From NCBI GenBank assembly GCA_964600395.1, contig CAZRLR010000002.1, forward strand, positions 1-54,733: a DNA stretch of 54,733 nucleotides, in the 5' to 3' direction. This stretch comes from an uncultured Conexibacter sp. Its GTDB lineage: Bacteria > Actinomycetota > Thermoleophilia > Solirubrobacterales > Solirubrobacteraceae. The translations under genes and the position numbers were made by a program. The notes under the pieces are model-generated. The model searched no databases, was not told the DNA's origin, and was given only the letters and a program-made list of their open reading frames with translations. Of this stretch, positions 31,501 to 39,989 are shown one piece after another (the first letter of the stretch is position 1; every line of letters begins with the position of its first letter).

Positions 31501-32477
31501 CAATGCTGCCTGGCTTCCAGGCATACATTCAGACGATCACCGGCGTGGACGTCTCGGGCGCGCAGAACCTTGTGGACGTGCTCACGGCGTCGGGGCTCGC
31601 GACGGATGATTTCGTGCTCGCGCTGCGCCGGTACGCGGAGCAGAACCCGGCCTTCGTCGGCGCGGTCGATGCGTTCGACGCCTCTCTCGAGGACGCGCGC
31701 CTCACGGCGCTCGGGCTAACGGCGGGCGTTCGCAAGCTGCTCGAGACGTCGGCGAACGCTGCGCTCCGCGCCGCGGAGACGGCTGGTGCCGGCGCTGCCG
31801 AGGCAATCGCCCAGGCCGGCGACGCGCTCGCTCTTGCGGGCGAGCAGGGCCGCGAGGCGGTGGACGAGCTCGACGCGGCAGCCGAGGCAGTGCGCGCCGC
31901 TGCCGAGGGAGCGAGCGGCGCGCAGCAGGAGGCGCTCCTCGCGCTCGCCGACTCGCTCGACGACGCGTCCGATGGCCTGAGCGACACGGGCGAGGAGGGC
32001 GAGGACGCGGGGGACTCGATCGCGGACGCGATGCGGGACGCGCTCGATCCGGTCGAGTCTCTCGTCGGCGGAATCCGCGAGCTGATCAACACGCTCCGGG
32101 AGCTCAACGACCTGCCACCGATCACGCTCCCGCCGGTGACGGTTCCGCCGCCTCCGACCGGCCCGGGCTCGGGGCCGACGTCGTCTCTCTTCTCCCCGGG
32201 CGCGTTCACGATCCCGTCGATCGACATCTCCCGCCTCGCCCCGCTGGACCTCGACCTCTCGCGCCTCGCCGTCCGGGCGCCGAGCTTCGATTTCGAGGGC
32301 GCGCGCAGGGCGCCTGAGACCGTCCGGGCTGCGCCGGGAGGCGTCCCGCCTGTGGGCTACCAGCTCGCGCTAGTGCGCGACGAGGACGTCGTTGCGGGCG
32401 GTCTGTACCGCCTCCAGCAGAGCAAGCGCCTGTCCTTCGCGGGCGGGCCGGCTCGTCTGCACGCGAGCGTGAGATGA
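28527..32477 (+). CDS. Tape measure protein (1316 aa)
   Basis: Longest ORF, Ala/Gly/Glu helical; N-terminal LG.A.LELRA and SKKTGI..E.L..L.FAAE..GV motifs; hydrophobic segments. Confidence 0.9.
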   Translation: MAGEQLDLGTAVLELRAVGDQLRADIARVGADVQSALKPIEKQTSITGQAIGTALGNGITLAARAAMNAVGDIARFSAGVVASGDEILESSKKTGIATEMLGGLRFAAEKAGVSQGQLDMALRELNIGMTQFSSGVEGAGKGFKALGITADDVNPLLHSTDEVLFTVIEALRGIEDPAVRAAVSAEIFGKRVGPELASFVDQGTGAIKEQIEVAKLMGITFTGEAAAAADSLSDNFTDLRGNVEGLGTQVIQGLIPGVDALVVDVNRWFVANRDLLTQDVKGFISGIIDAARSGAEWIGVLRDMLHSLPGASQAAAFDSIISDQSINALEGTLSGLRSEWNNLQADLQNDPGNEALSSRSAELQDKMARVNAELSKAQAENRTTSTTAKGLADALGETGAAATHTNVNLGALAGGSKAATEAAKEQREALSDLRESLSQAEDTYKDAARSAGSLSEALDLNGEWYRKATAEVEAMNIADDEQTKLLHDLDVKHKEHARTLKEDFGQAAEEAADAAAQLTEELAGIREESNQLDIAEAIERGDPRRALGLIETGARDAAVALEAVARAEVYGPMTEQSVEAMQLGLRKIATDAKKAAEDVKREFGDLGILLEDAAKAIGDSMAETLGSALVEGEWDDVGDELLGILKSTIADVVSDLLKANLFRPLVNSLVGVFSGTDIGSGIFSGLAGTLGSVLPGAFTSGAEGASGSIVASLSPELGGTMAEVGATAGEAGGVAAGAAWTGAASAGIVAGAGLVGKGIYDMFSGQEVRGAVESGLAFAFVTGGASLIPALVMDLFGIGEPSQATQISTHLRKMIADSLGNADIGAGIVAGLGEIGVPVTEEIIKQITRAPRSGAFVREAFASLGPELQAGASEELRKFINGEGNATNALTMDDFILLLFPEMTDDSALRSSLQAIGQQAASLEGLTGRQAIDFADEFAKGQLVLADSLGLTNEQLMAYLDATANGMGASIESWRALEEAQIALKESGNFDAMLPGFQAYIQTITGVDVSGAQNLVDVLTASGLATDDFVLALRRYAEQNPAFVGAVDAFDASLEDARLTALGLTAGVRKLLETSANAALRAAETAGAGAAEAIAQAGDALALAGEQGREAVDELDAAAEAVRAAAEGASGAQQEALLALADSLDDASDGLSDTGEEGEDAGDSIADAMRDALDPVESLVGGIRELINTLRELNDLPPITLPPVTVPPPPTGPGSGPTSSLFSPGAFTIPSIDISRLAPLDLDLSRLAVRAPSFDFEGARRAPETVRAAPGGVPPVGYQLALVRDEDVVAGGLYRLQQSKRLSFAGGPARLHASVR

Positions 32478-34573
32478 GCGCGCCTCCCGGCCGCGGCTGC
32501 GGCGTCATCATCAACCCCGGCACCCCGTTCGCGTTCACGAACATCGAGCGCGGCACCTGGCAGTGCGACCCCGGCGGCGGGTTTGGGGTGCAGACGTTCC
32601 TCCCGGCGATCCTCGGTGACGTCGTCGTGAGCCAGGCGCTCCCCGAGCCGGTCTCGGCGTCGGCGCAGTCCGACAGCCTCACGCTCCGCGTGCCGTCGGT
32701 CGGTCCGATCGCAGCGCTTCTCGACACCGTGACGGCGCAGGCCGAGGTGACTGTGCTCCGCGAGGTCGAAGGCGAGACCGACGTCACCACCGATGTGCAG
32801 TGGTTCGGGATCGTTCGCAAGCGCGACATCAAGCGGAAGGGCTCGACGATCGAGCTAACCGCGGTCGATCCAGTCACGTACTTCTGCGCGGACCAGAAGC
32901 TCCTCCGCCGCGTCGTGGACGAGGCGACCTATCCGAGCGTGGCGAAGCGCCACAAGGGCCAGAAGGTTCCGATGTACTTCGGCGACTTCACGGACCTGCT
33001 CACCGTCGATCGGATGTCCGGCGAGGCGCTCTGCTTCAACCACGGAGGATGGATCGACGGAGCGACCGGCGCGACCGATCCGCTCTACGTGTACCAGGAC
33101 ACGCTCGATCTCAACGGTGACGCGCTCGACGGGTACACGTCCGGCTTCAAGGTCTTCACGTACGACTCGCAGGTCTACTCGACGCCTCTCGAGGCGTACA
33201 ACAACCAGGGCCTCGGCGCGTTCACGGAGATCACGGCAGCCGTGACGGGTCACCTGCAAAACCAGGGTGTCTTCGCGCTCGACGTTTCGGCGCTCGGTGG
33301 CGCCACCTGGGATGCAGAGCGATACCCGGTGCTGGTGCAGTTCCTTGCGCCGACCGTGAACGATGCGACCGTGACGGGCGCGATGACGGTGCGCGGAAAC
33401 AAGCCGATCACGTGTCTGATCCGCCTCATGGTCGAGCACTGCGGCATGGATGCCGCGCTCTTCGACCTCTCGGGCGTGGACGCGATCGAGAACGTCATGC
33501 CGCGCGTGCGCCGGCCCGTCGTCACCGACGAGAGCGTGCTCGACCTCGTGGCCTGGCTGGAGCAGGAAGCCGGGATCGAGCGGTACGTGACGACGGCCGG
33601 GCTGATCGCGTGGCGAATTCGGGAGGAGCAGGCGACGGCGGCGCTCACAGTGACAGCCGCGGATTGCTTCGTGGAGCCAGACGTCGAGCACTCGCCATGG
33701 GAGCCGTTCTTCACGAGCTGCACACCCACGCGGGACATCTGGTTCCCGGTCGCGCCCGAGTACGTCTTCGCCGCCGCGAAGGTGCCGGACGCGGCAGCGA
33801 TCACGGAGCACGGATCCGACGTTCACGAGGTTCTACCCGTTCGGTGGCTCCGCGAGCCGTCGTTCATGACGGAGTACGCGGATCGCGTTCTCGCCGTTCA
33901 CGGCGAGCGCGTCGAGCTCGTGCGCTTCGAGTGTGCAGTCGAGGATGATCTGGAAAACCAGATGAAGCTCCGCCCCGGCGACGTCGTGTCTTTCAGCTAC
34001 ATTCCGAGCGACGTAGACGCGGACGACGACGCGGACCTGATCGCTTCCGGGAGTTTCTTCTTCGTGCTCGCGGTCGAGCACAACGTGACGCGGTGGACGA
34101 CAAAGGTAACCGCGTGGAGGGCGGAGCTGATGGCGGACGCGATCGGGCATCTCTACACGGCCGGCGGCTCGACGGCGCAGGGACCGCTGACGAGCGCGGT
34201 CACAGTGAAGGTCTCCGGGTTCGCGACGGCTGGCGTGTCGAGCGGGACAGTCGTCTCGACGAGCGGAAACACAATCACGTTCAACCAGGGCGGGACGTGG
34301 GAGATCCACGTCACCGGCGATGGCACGTGGGATATCCCGGTCGTGGCGACGTTTCAGATCGGCATCAACGGATCGGTTGTGCAGCAGGTGCGCGGCGCCG
34401 CGCAGTGGGCGACGGGCGGAGGAAGCGATCGGCAAGGCTTCGCCCTCCAAGGCGCAATCGGCGGGATCGCGGACGGCGACGTCGCGGACGTTCGGGTAAC
34501 GCCGGTCGCAGGCGGAAACAGCAACTTTACGCCAATCAATCTGAGCTTCACGGCGCGGAGGATCGGGACGTGA
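32474..34573 (+). CDS. Tail tip/hub protein with C-terminal C1q/TNF-like beta domain
   Basis: Follows the tape measure gene; GQKVPMYFG, LRPGDVV; beta-sandwich tail (ITFNQGGTWEIHV, FQIGING). Confidence 0.65.
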   Translation: MSAPPGRGCGVIINPGTPFAFTNIERGTWQCDPGGGFGVQTFLPAILGDVVVSQALPEPVSASAQSDSLTLRVPSVGPIAALLDTVTAQAEVTVLREVEGETDVTTDVQWFGIVRKRDIKRKGSTIELTAVDPVTYFCADQKLLRRVVDEATYPSVAKRHKGQKVPMYFGDFTDLLTVDRMSGEALCFNHGGWIDGATGATDPLYVYQDTLDLNGDALDGYTSGFKVFTYDSQVYSTPLEAYNNQGLGAFTEITAAVTGHLQNQGVFALDVSALGGATWDAERYPVLVQFLAPTVNDATVTGAMTVRGNKPITCLIRLMVEHCGMDAALFDLSGVDAIENVMPRVRRPVVTDESVLDLVAWLEQEAGIERYVTTAGLIAWRIREEQATAALTVTAADCFVEPDVEHSPWEPFFTSCTPTRDIWFPVAPEYVFAAAKVPDAAAITEHGSDVHEVLPVRWLREPSFMTEYADRVLAVHGERVELVRFECAVEDDLENQMKLRPGDVVSFSYIPSDVDADDDADLIASGSFFFVLAVEHNVTRWTTKVTAWRAELMADAIGHLYTAGGSTAQGPLTSAVTVKVSGFATAGVSSGTVVSTSGNTITFNQGGTWEIHVTGDGTWDIPVVATFQIGINGSVVQQVRGAAQWATGGGSDRQGFALQGAIGGIADGDVADVRVTPVAGGNSNFTPINLSFTARRIGT

Positions 34574-35400
34574 CGATCGCGTGGACGCTCGGTGCGCTCC
34601 GGTCGGACTACGCCGTTGACGGCGCCTCCTCGGAAGTTGCTGGCTACGAGGCAGAGAACGCCATCGTCATGGCCGGGCTTTCATGCGGTCAGGCCTGGAA
34701 GGCGACGAGCGACACAGCGCACACTCTCGATATGACGTTCGATACAGGCGGATCGAGTCTGTGGGGAGCGATATGCCACTCCAACATTCCCGACGAACGA
34801 GTCGATGGTGCGCTCGCGACCACCGTTTCATTGTACGAAGGAACGGCTGCCTCGCCAGGAGATCTCCTTGGGGAGTTCCATCGCGTAGGACCGCAAAATC
34901 AGTGGGTCATGTTTGCGAGCCCCGACGCCTGGGCTGGAGGCGCCGCGTTTCTCAAGATCTTCACGAGCGTTTCAGCTTTCGCCTTGGAGCTTCCGCTTCT
35001 CCTCTTCGGCAACTGGCGAGACATCTCGCAGCCATACCTGCATTCGTCCGAGGTGGTAGTGATCGACCCGAGCCAGACGTGGAGCGGTCCGACCGGGCGA
35101 GTGTGGGCGAGGCAGCAACGACTGCAACACGAGCTGCGCGCAGCATTCGAGGCGCCAGCCATCGGCCAGGACGAACGCCCGGGGACGGATCTCCTCACAG
35201 TGCAAGACGTTGTCTCTGGATCTGCCCTCTACACGCCGGTTGTGATTTCGACGAAGACCGGGCTGACGACTCGGTACGACGTCGGCGAAAACCGCGGCAC
35301 TACGATGGTAGGACTCCTGCAAAGCATGCCGTCATACCCGACGCGTCGTGGGAGCATCATCACAAACTTCGACCTTGCAGTCCGCGAGCTTTCGAGGTGA
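34570..35400 (+). CDS. Minor tail protein (Dit-like)
   Basis: GTGA coupling; ASSE..GY.AEN...W.A start; beta-rich. Confidence 0.6.
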   Translation: MTIAWTLGALRSDYAVDGASSEVAGYEAENAIVMAGLSCGQAWKATSDTAHTLDMTFDTGGSSLWGAICHSNIPDERVDGALATTVSLYEGTAASPGDLLGEFHRVGPQNQWVMFASPDAWAGGAAFLKIFTSVSAFALELPLLLFGNWRDISQPYLHSSEVVVIDPSQTWSGPTGRVWARQQRLQHELRAAFEAPAIGQDERPGTDLLTVQDVVSGSALYTPVVISTKTGLTTRYDVGENRGTTMVGLLQSMPSYPTRRGSIITNFDLAVRELSR

Positions 35401-35404
35401 CCCA

Positions 35405-35614
35405 GTGCCAAAACGCTCCCCCCTAAACCCCACCCTCGACTCCGCCACCCGCCGCGAGGGCGGCCGCGTCCGCGCGGGCCGCGCGCAGGTGGGCGACGTC
35501 GCGGCAGCGCTGGCGGACGAGCTGCTCGCCGCGGGGCTGACGTCGCGCGGGCTCAAGCTACTCGCGCGGTGGATCGAGCGGGCGGAGAAGAGGCGGAGGG
35601 CACGTGCGCCGTGA
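35405..35614 (+). CDS. Small basic hypothetical protein
   Basis: Coupled to the next gene by GTGA. Confidence 0.5.
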   Translation: MPKRSPLNPTLDSATRREGGRVRAGRAQVGDVAAALADELLAAGLTSRGLKLLARWIERAEKRRRARAP

Positions 35615-36015
35615 AGCGCGCGCTGCTCGTCGAGGACAACGAGGCGGACGCCGAGATCACGACGCGCGACCTCGCGCGCGCGGGCTTCGCGGTCACGCGC
35701 GCCTGCACGCTGGCCGCGGCTCGCTACTCGGTGCTCGACACGCGGTTCGATCTCGTGGTGCTCGACCTGGGGCTGCCTGACGCGGTCTCGACGGAGGACA
35801 CGATGTCAGCTCTCGTGGGACACGCAACGGCGCTCGTGGTCTACACCGGCGACGAGAGCGCGAAGACGAAGGCGGCGGCGCGCGAGGCGTCCGTGCGGCT
35901 GCTCGTGAAGGGCCGCGACTCGCTCGAGGCCGCGCTCGACCTGTCGCACCTCTCCGACGAGGACACCGCCGAGATCGCCGCGGCGTGCGCTGCGGAGCGC
36001 AGCCGTGGGCGGTAG
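35611..36015 (+). CDS. Stand-alone response-regulator receiver (CheY-like) domain
   Basis: LLVEDN, FDLVVLDLGLPD (phospho-acceptor Asp), VYTG, LVKG. Confidence 0.9.
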   Translation: MKRALLVEDNEADAEITTRDLARAGFAVTRACTLAAARYSVLDTRFDLVVLDLGLPDAVSTEDTMSALVGHATALVVYTGDESAKTKAAAREASVRLLVKGRDSLEAALDLSHLSDEDTAEIAAACAAERSRGR

Positions 36016-36391
36016 CTGGGCAGCGCTCGTCGCTCAAGTCAACGGCGAGAAGACGCGCGAGCTCGCCGACACGGCGTTGCAGGTGGGCGTCTCGGCGCTC
36101 GACCAGATCGCGCAAGCGAAGAGCGTTCAGACGGTGCTCGGGGCGGCGTGCGTGCTGCTCTTCGGGCTCGTGCTCGTGATCGGGTGGCAGCTCCTCAAGG
36201 CGGTCCACGCGGGCGCGCTGGCCGACGGCAAGATCGAGGACGTCGCAAAGGACGTGCGCGCGTCCCGCGACGCGGTGCTGTTGCAGGTCGGCGAGATCAG
36301 GACCGAGCAGGCGAAGCAGGGCGCGAAGCTCGACGCGCATCTCGACCGGATCGCGATTGCGTACGAGCGGCGGCTGGGCGCCGGAGGGTGA
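36005..36391 (+). CDS. Holin-like membrane protein
   Basis: One TM segment (VLGAACVLLFGLVLVIGW) plus a coiled-coil tail; lysis-module position. Confidence 0.5.
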   Translation: MGGSWAALVAQVNGEKTRELADTALQVGVSALDQIAQAKSVQTVLGAACVLLFGLVLVIGWQLLKAVHAGALADGKIEDVAKDVRASRDAVLLQVGEIRTEQAKQGAKLDAHLDRIAIAYERRLGAGG

Positions 36392-36429
36392 GACAGGCCC
36401 AGGCGTAGGGTAGCCGCAGGAGGTTTTCC

Positions 36430-37857
36430 ATGAATCGACTGGCCCCGCTCCTGCTTCTTTCCGTCGCCTGCGGCGGCAGCCACGCGCCGCCGGCTCCGCC
36501 CCCGATCGTCCCGCCACCCGCGCCGCCGCCGGTCACGTCCGGCCAGCTCGACGGGGTTGCGATCGACCAAGCCGGCCGCGCGATCGAGGGCGCGAAGGTC
36601 GCGTACGCGCGCAGCGGGACGATCCTCACCGGCGACGCGGTCACGATCACGCGGGCGACGAGCGACCGGTGGTGCGTCGATCGGCCGCAGCCGTGTCGGC
36701 CTGCGCCGCCGGGGTACTTCTCGCGGCCGGGCGCGGAGGATTTCGGGCCGTACGTGCTGCGCGTCGAGCTCGCGGACGGGCGGAGCGCGATGTCGGGGGT
36801 GCTCGACTTCGGGCCGGGGTGGAGGTCGACGTTCGTGCGGTTCGTGGTGGCGGAGGTGCCCGCGCCTCCGACGCCGGCGATCGACCACGCGCGGCTACGT
36901 CGGCACTTCGCGCCCGGCACCCACCTGTGGGCTCTCAGCTACTACGGCGCCATGTCGGCCCCGATCGACCGCGTCGAGCGTGACGCGAGGTGGGTGGCCG
37001 AGCACGGGATCGAGAACGTCCGCATCTGGCCCGACTTCACGAAAGACATCGGCGAAGAATTCCGCGTGTGGGACCGCAACGGGAACGCACGGCCCGGCCG
37101 GCTCGAGGCGCTCAAGGCGCGCGTGGCGGCGTTCGCGCGGCGCGGGATCTCGGTCGATCTCACGCTCTACACGTCGGCCTACAACTGCGGCCAGCCGGGG
37201 CGCGAGAGCGAGTGCGCGAGCGACGGCGAGGGCTACGACGTCACGCCGTGGCGTCGCGTCGTCGAGCGGATCTTGCGCGAGTGGCGCGGCGATCCGAGCG
37301 TGCGACTCGTCGACGTCGCGAACGAGGGGGAGGCTCGCGGTCCGGGCGGGAGCGGCAACCCGAAGTACGGCCACGTGAGCGCAGGGCGGTTTCACGAGCT
37401 GATGTTGTCGTTCGCGAACGTCAACCCGGACGTGCTGCTGAGCTACAGCGTGAGCGGAGATCTCGAGGCGAGCATCCTCCCCGAGTACGCGGAGACGTTC
37501 TCGCGAGGGCGGCCGTTCCCGCAGGTGATCCGGCCGCACGCCGCGCGGCCCGCGTCGCCTGGGCGGATCGACGGCGAGGTCTCGGCGCGTCTCATCCACG
37601 AGTACCCTGGCGTTCCCGTCTACAACGACGAGCCGGGGCGGCGGTATTACCTGGGGCAGATGCCACGCGCGGCGGACTTCATCGCGGGCGCGACGTCGTC
37701 GTGCGAGAGCGGCGCGGTTGGCTGGTGCTTCCACAACGGCGAGTCGTTCGACCTGCGAACGGGCGACCTGTCGCAGCGGATCGACGGCGAGGAGCGGGCC
37801 GTCATGGCGTGGCTCAAGACGCATCGGTGCGCGAACCGAGGGGTGGTGCCGCGATGA
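36430..37857 (+). CDS. Lipoprotein with Pro linker, Ig-like domain and clan GH-A-like glycoside hydrolase barrel
   Basis: AGGAGG RBS; LLLLSVA-C leader; NVRIW, VDVANE (acid/base), YNDEP (nucleophile), GWCFH. Confidence 0.68.
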   Translation: MNRLAPLLLLSVACGGSHAPPAPPPIVPPPAPPPVTSGQLDGVAIDQAGRAIEGAKVAYARSGTILTGDAVTITRATSDRWCVDRPQPCRPAPPGYFSRPGAEDFGPYVLRVELADGRSAMSGVLDFGPGWRSTFVRFVVAEVPAPPTPAIDHARLRRHFAPGTHLWALSYYGAMSAPIDRVERDARWVAEHGIENVRIWPDFTKDIGEEFRVWDRNGNARPGRLEALKARVAAFARRGISVDLTLYTSAYNCGQPGRESECASDGEGYDVTPWRRVVERILREWRGDPSVRLVDVANEGEARGPGGSGNPKYGHVSAGRFHELMLSFANVNPDVLLSYSVSGDLEASILPEYAETFSRGRPFPQVIRPHAARPASPGRIDGEVSARLIHEYPGVPVYNDEPGRRYYLGQMPRAADFIAGATSSCESGAVGWCFHNGESFDLRTGDLSQRIDGEERAVMAWLKTHRCANRGVVPR

Positions 37858-38120
37858 TCCGCTCCCCCGTCCGCCACCGCGGCCCCGGCTGCCTGCCATC
37901 GGTGCTCACGCTCGCGTTCGCGCTCCTCACCGGCTGCTCGGCCTCCGCTCCTCTGGACCCGTCGGTGCGCGACGCCCTCGACGAAGCCGAGCGGCGCCTC
38001 TGGGGCCTCGCCCACGGCTGCCAGGTGGCGCCGAGCGTGTGCACGAACGAGCACGTGGTCGAGCAGGCGGGGGCGGCGTGGCGGGCGATCGACGAGGCGC
38101 AGAGGGGGATCACCAAATGA
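37854..38120 (+). CDS. Small lipoprotein (possible o-spanin)
   Basis: LAFALLTG-C lipobox; coupled. Confidence 0.55.
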   Translation: MIRSPVRHRGPGCLPSVLTLAFALLTGCSASAPLDPSVRDALDEAERRLWGLAHGCQVAPSVCTNEHVVEQAGAAWRAIDEAQRGITK

Positions 38121-38989
38121 ATCTCGACCTGGTCATCGCGCACGGGAACTGCCCCGACGGCTTCTGCGCCGCGTGGGTGGCCTCGCGCTTCTGGGGCCTT
38201 GCGCGTCAACCCGAGTTCCACTTCGCGCTCTACGGCGAGCCGGTGCCGGACGTCGCTGGAAAGGACGTCCTGCTCGTCGACTTCTCCTACAAGCGGCCGG
38301 TGCTCGACGAGATCGCCACAAAGGCGAAGAGCGTGCGCGTGCTCGATCATCACGAGACGGCGATGCGCGATCTCGACGGGTTCCCGGGCGCGACGTTCGA
38401 CATGGAGCGCAGCGGCGCCGGGCTCGCGTGGGCGTTCGCTCCCGTGCCCGACCCGCGAACGTACGCGGAGGGGAGCTGCGTCCCCGCGCCATGGCTGGTC
38501 CGCTACGTCCAGGACGCGGACCTATGGCGCTTCTCTCTGCCGCAGTCACGCGAGGTGCGCGCATCCTACCTCTCGTATCCGCGCACCTTCGAGGCGTGGG
38601 ACGAGCTGGCCGCGCGCGATGTCGAAGCCGTCGCCGCGGAAGGCGTCGGGATCCTGCGTGCGAATCGCCGGCACGTCGAGCAGATGGCCGACGTCCTGGT
38701 CGCGATCGACCTGCGGCTCGGTGATGGGCGCAACCTGAACCTTGTGCCGACCGCGTGGGCGCCCGTGCTCTTCGCCGACGTGCGCGAGGAGTTGCTGCGT
38801 CGCTTCCCGGAACGTCATGTGGTCGCGACGCTTCGCGGGAGACCAGACGGACGGATAGAGGTCGGACTCGGATCGAGGCGCGATGGTCCGCACGTCGGCG
38901 AGATCGCTCAGCGGTTTGGCGGAGGTGGGCATCAGGGCGCGGCCGGGTTCGTCATGGAGTGGAACTCACCGCTCGTGAGGCCGTGGTGA
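38117..38989 (+). CDS. DHH/DHHA1 phosphoesterase
   Basis: HGNCPDG, VDFSY, LDHH, SGAGLAW, DADLW, GGGGHQGAAGF. Confidence 0.9.
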   Translation: MNLDLVIAHGNCPDGFCAAWVASRFWGLARQPEFHFALYGEPVPDVAGKDVLLVDFSYKRPVLDEIATKAKSVRVLDHHETAMRDLDGFPGATFDMERSGAGLAWAFAPVPDPRTYAEGSCVPAPWLVRYVQDADLWRFSLPQSREVRASYLSYPRTFEAWDELAARDVEAVAAEGVGILRANRRHVEQMADVLVAIDLRLGDGRNLNLVPTAWAPVLFADVREELLRRFPERHVVATLRGRPDGRIEVGLGSRRDGPHVGEIAQRFGGGGHQGAAGFVMEWNSPLVRPW

Positions 38990-39078
38990 GACACCCGCGG
39001 GCGTAGAGTGTTTCAGCGGACTCGAAATACTCTCGAGGCGCAAGCCGAGCATCAAGGCCGGCGCAGGGCCGGCCGCGA

Positions 39079-39155
39079 CGGGGTGTAGCGCAGCCTGGTA
39101 GCGCGCCTGCCTTGGGCGCAGGAGGACGCTGGTTCGAATCCAGCAACCCCGACCA
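39079..39155 (+). tRNA. tRNA-Pro(TGG)
   Basis: Full cloverleaf: C1:G72, A73, D arm GCGC/GCGC, anticodon stem CCTGC/GCAGG with loop CT-TGG-GC, T arm GCTGG-TTCGAAT-CCAGC, encoded CCA; G7.A66 mismatch. Confidence 0.93.
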
Positions 39156-39268
39156 TGAACCGCTTCCGCACCTTCCTCGGCCTGGCGATGCTCGTGCTGA
39201 TGCTCGTGGCGGTGGCGGTCGCGTGGGCGGCGCGGGACGCGGCGCGGCGGTGGAGGAGGGGACGGTGA
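39155..39268 (+). CDS. 37-aa single-TM peptide
   Basis: MNRFRTFLGLAMLVLMLVAVAVAWAARDAARRWRRGR; its ATG uses the last A of the tRNA CCA; GTGA coupling to the ligase. Confidence 0.5.
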   Translation: MNRFRTFLGLAMLVLMLVAVAVAWAARDAARRWRRGR

Positions 39269-39816
39269 GCTTGCCAGAGTTCGAAGCTTTCCCGAAGATC
39301 GCTCGCCTCTCGCGAGAGTGCGTGATAACGGAGAAGATCGACGGCACGAACGCGCAGGTGTGCGTGACCGAGGACGGCGACGTGCTGGCCGGCAGCCGGT
39401 CGCGGTGGATCACGCCCGCGGCCGACAACTTCGGCTTCGCCGCGTGGGTCGAGGCGCACAGGGAGGAGCTGCTCGCGCTCGGCCCTGGGAGACATTTCGG
39501 CGAGTGGTGGGGCTCTGGGATTCAGCGAGGGTACGGGCTCACGAAAGGCGAGAGGCGATTCTCGCTTTTCAACGTGACGCGGTGGGGAGACGAAAGCACA
39601 CGGCCGGCGTGTTGCTGTGTGGTGCCTACGCTCTATCGTGGCAACTTCCACACGAACGCCGCCGAGGATGCGCTGGCGAATCTGACGATCAACGGCAGCA
39701 TCGCCGCGCCAAAGTTCATGAAGCCCGAGGGCATCATTGTGTTCCACACCGCGAGTGGCACGTTCTACAAGAAGACGATCGAGAAGGACGAGGGGCCGAA
39801 GGGACGCGCGGCATGA
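39265..39816 (+). CDS. RNA ligase (Rnl2-like adenylation domain)
   Basis: FPKIARL, motif I TEKIDGTN, GSRSRW, DNFGFA, FGEWWG.GIQ, PEGII, KK. Confidence 0.85.
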   Translation: MSLPEFEAFPKIARLSRECVITEKIDGTNAQVCVTEDGDVLAGSRSRWITPAADNFGFAAWVEAHREELLALGPGRHFGEWWGSGIQRGYGLTKGERRFSLFNVTRWGDESTRPACCCVVPTLYRGNFHTNAAEDALANLTINGSIAAPKFMKPEGIIVFHTASGTFYKKTIEKDEGPKGRAA

Positions 39817-39989
39817 CCAACGGCGGCCCATTCCTCCTGCTAGTTGCCGCGCTCTCGATCGTCGTCGCGGCGTTCACGGTGCGCGCGGCGCCGGCTCCGG
39901 CGGCGGAGCGCGAGTGGCGGACGGTTTGCCAGGCGCAGGTGAGGAGATTTGCCGGCGAGGCGGGCGAGGTCGAGGTGAGGGTGCGGTGA
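39813..39989 (+). CDS. Small membrane/secreted protein
   Basis: Hydrophobic N-terminus; coupled. Confidence 0.55.
   Translation: MTNGGPFLLLVAALSIVVAAFTVRAAPAPAAEREWRTVCQAQVRRFAGEAGEVEVRVR

Noticed and set aside
39079-39155. tRNA as an attP/attL prophage boundary
   Set aside because: There is no adjacent integrase, no second partial tRNA copy, and phage-type genes lie on both sides.
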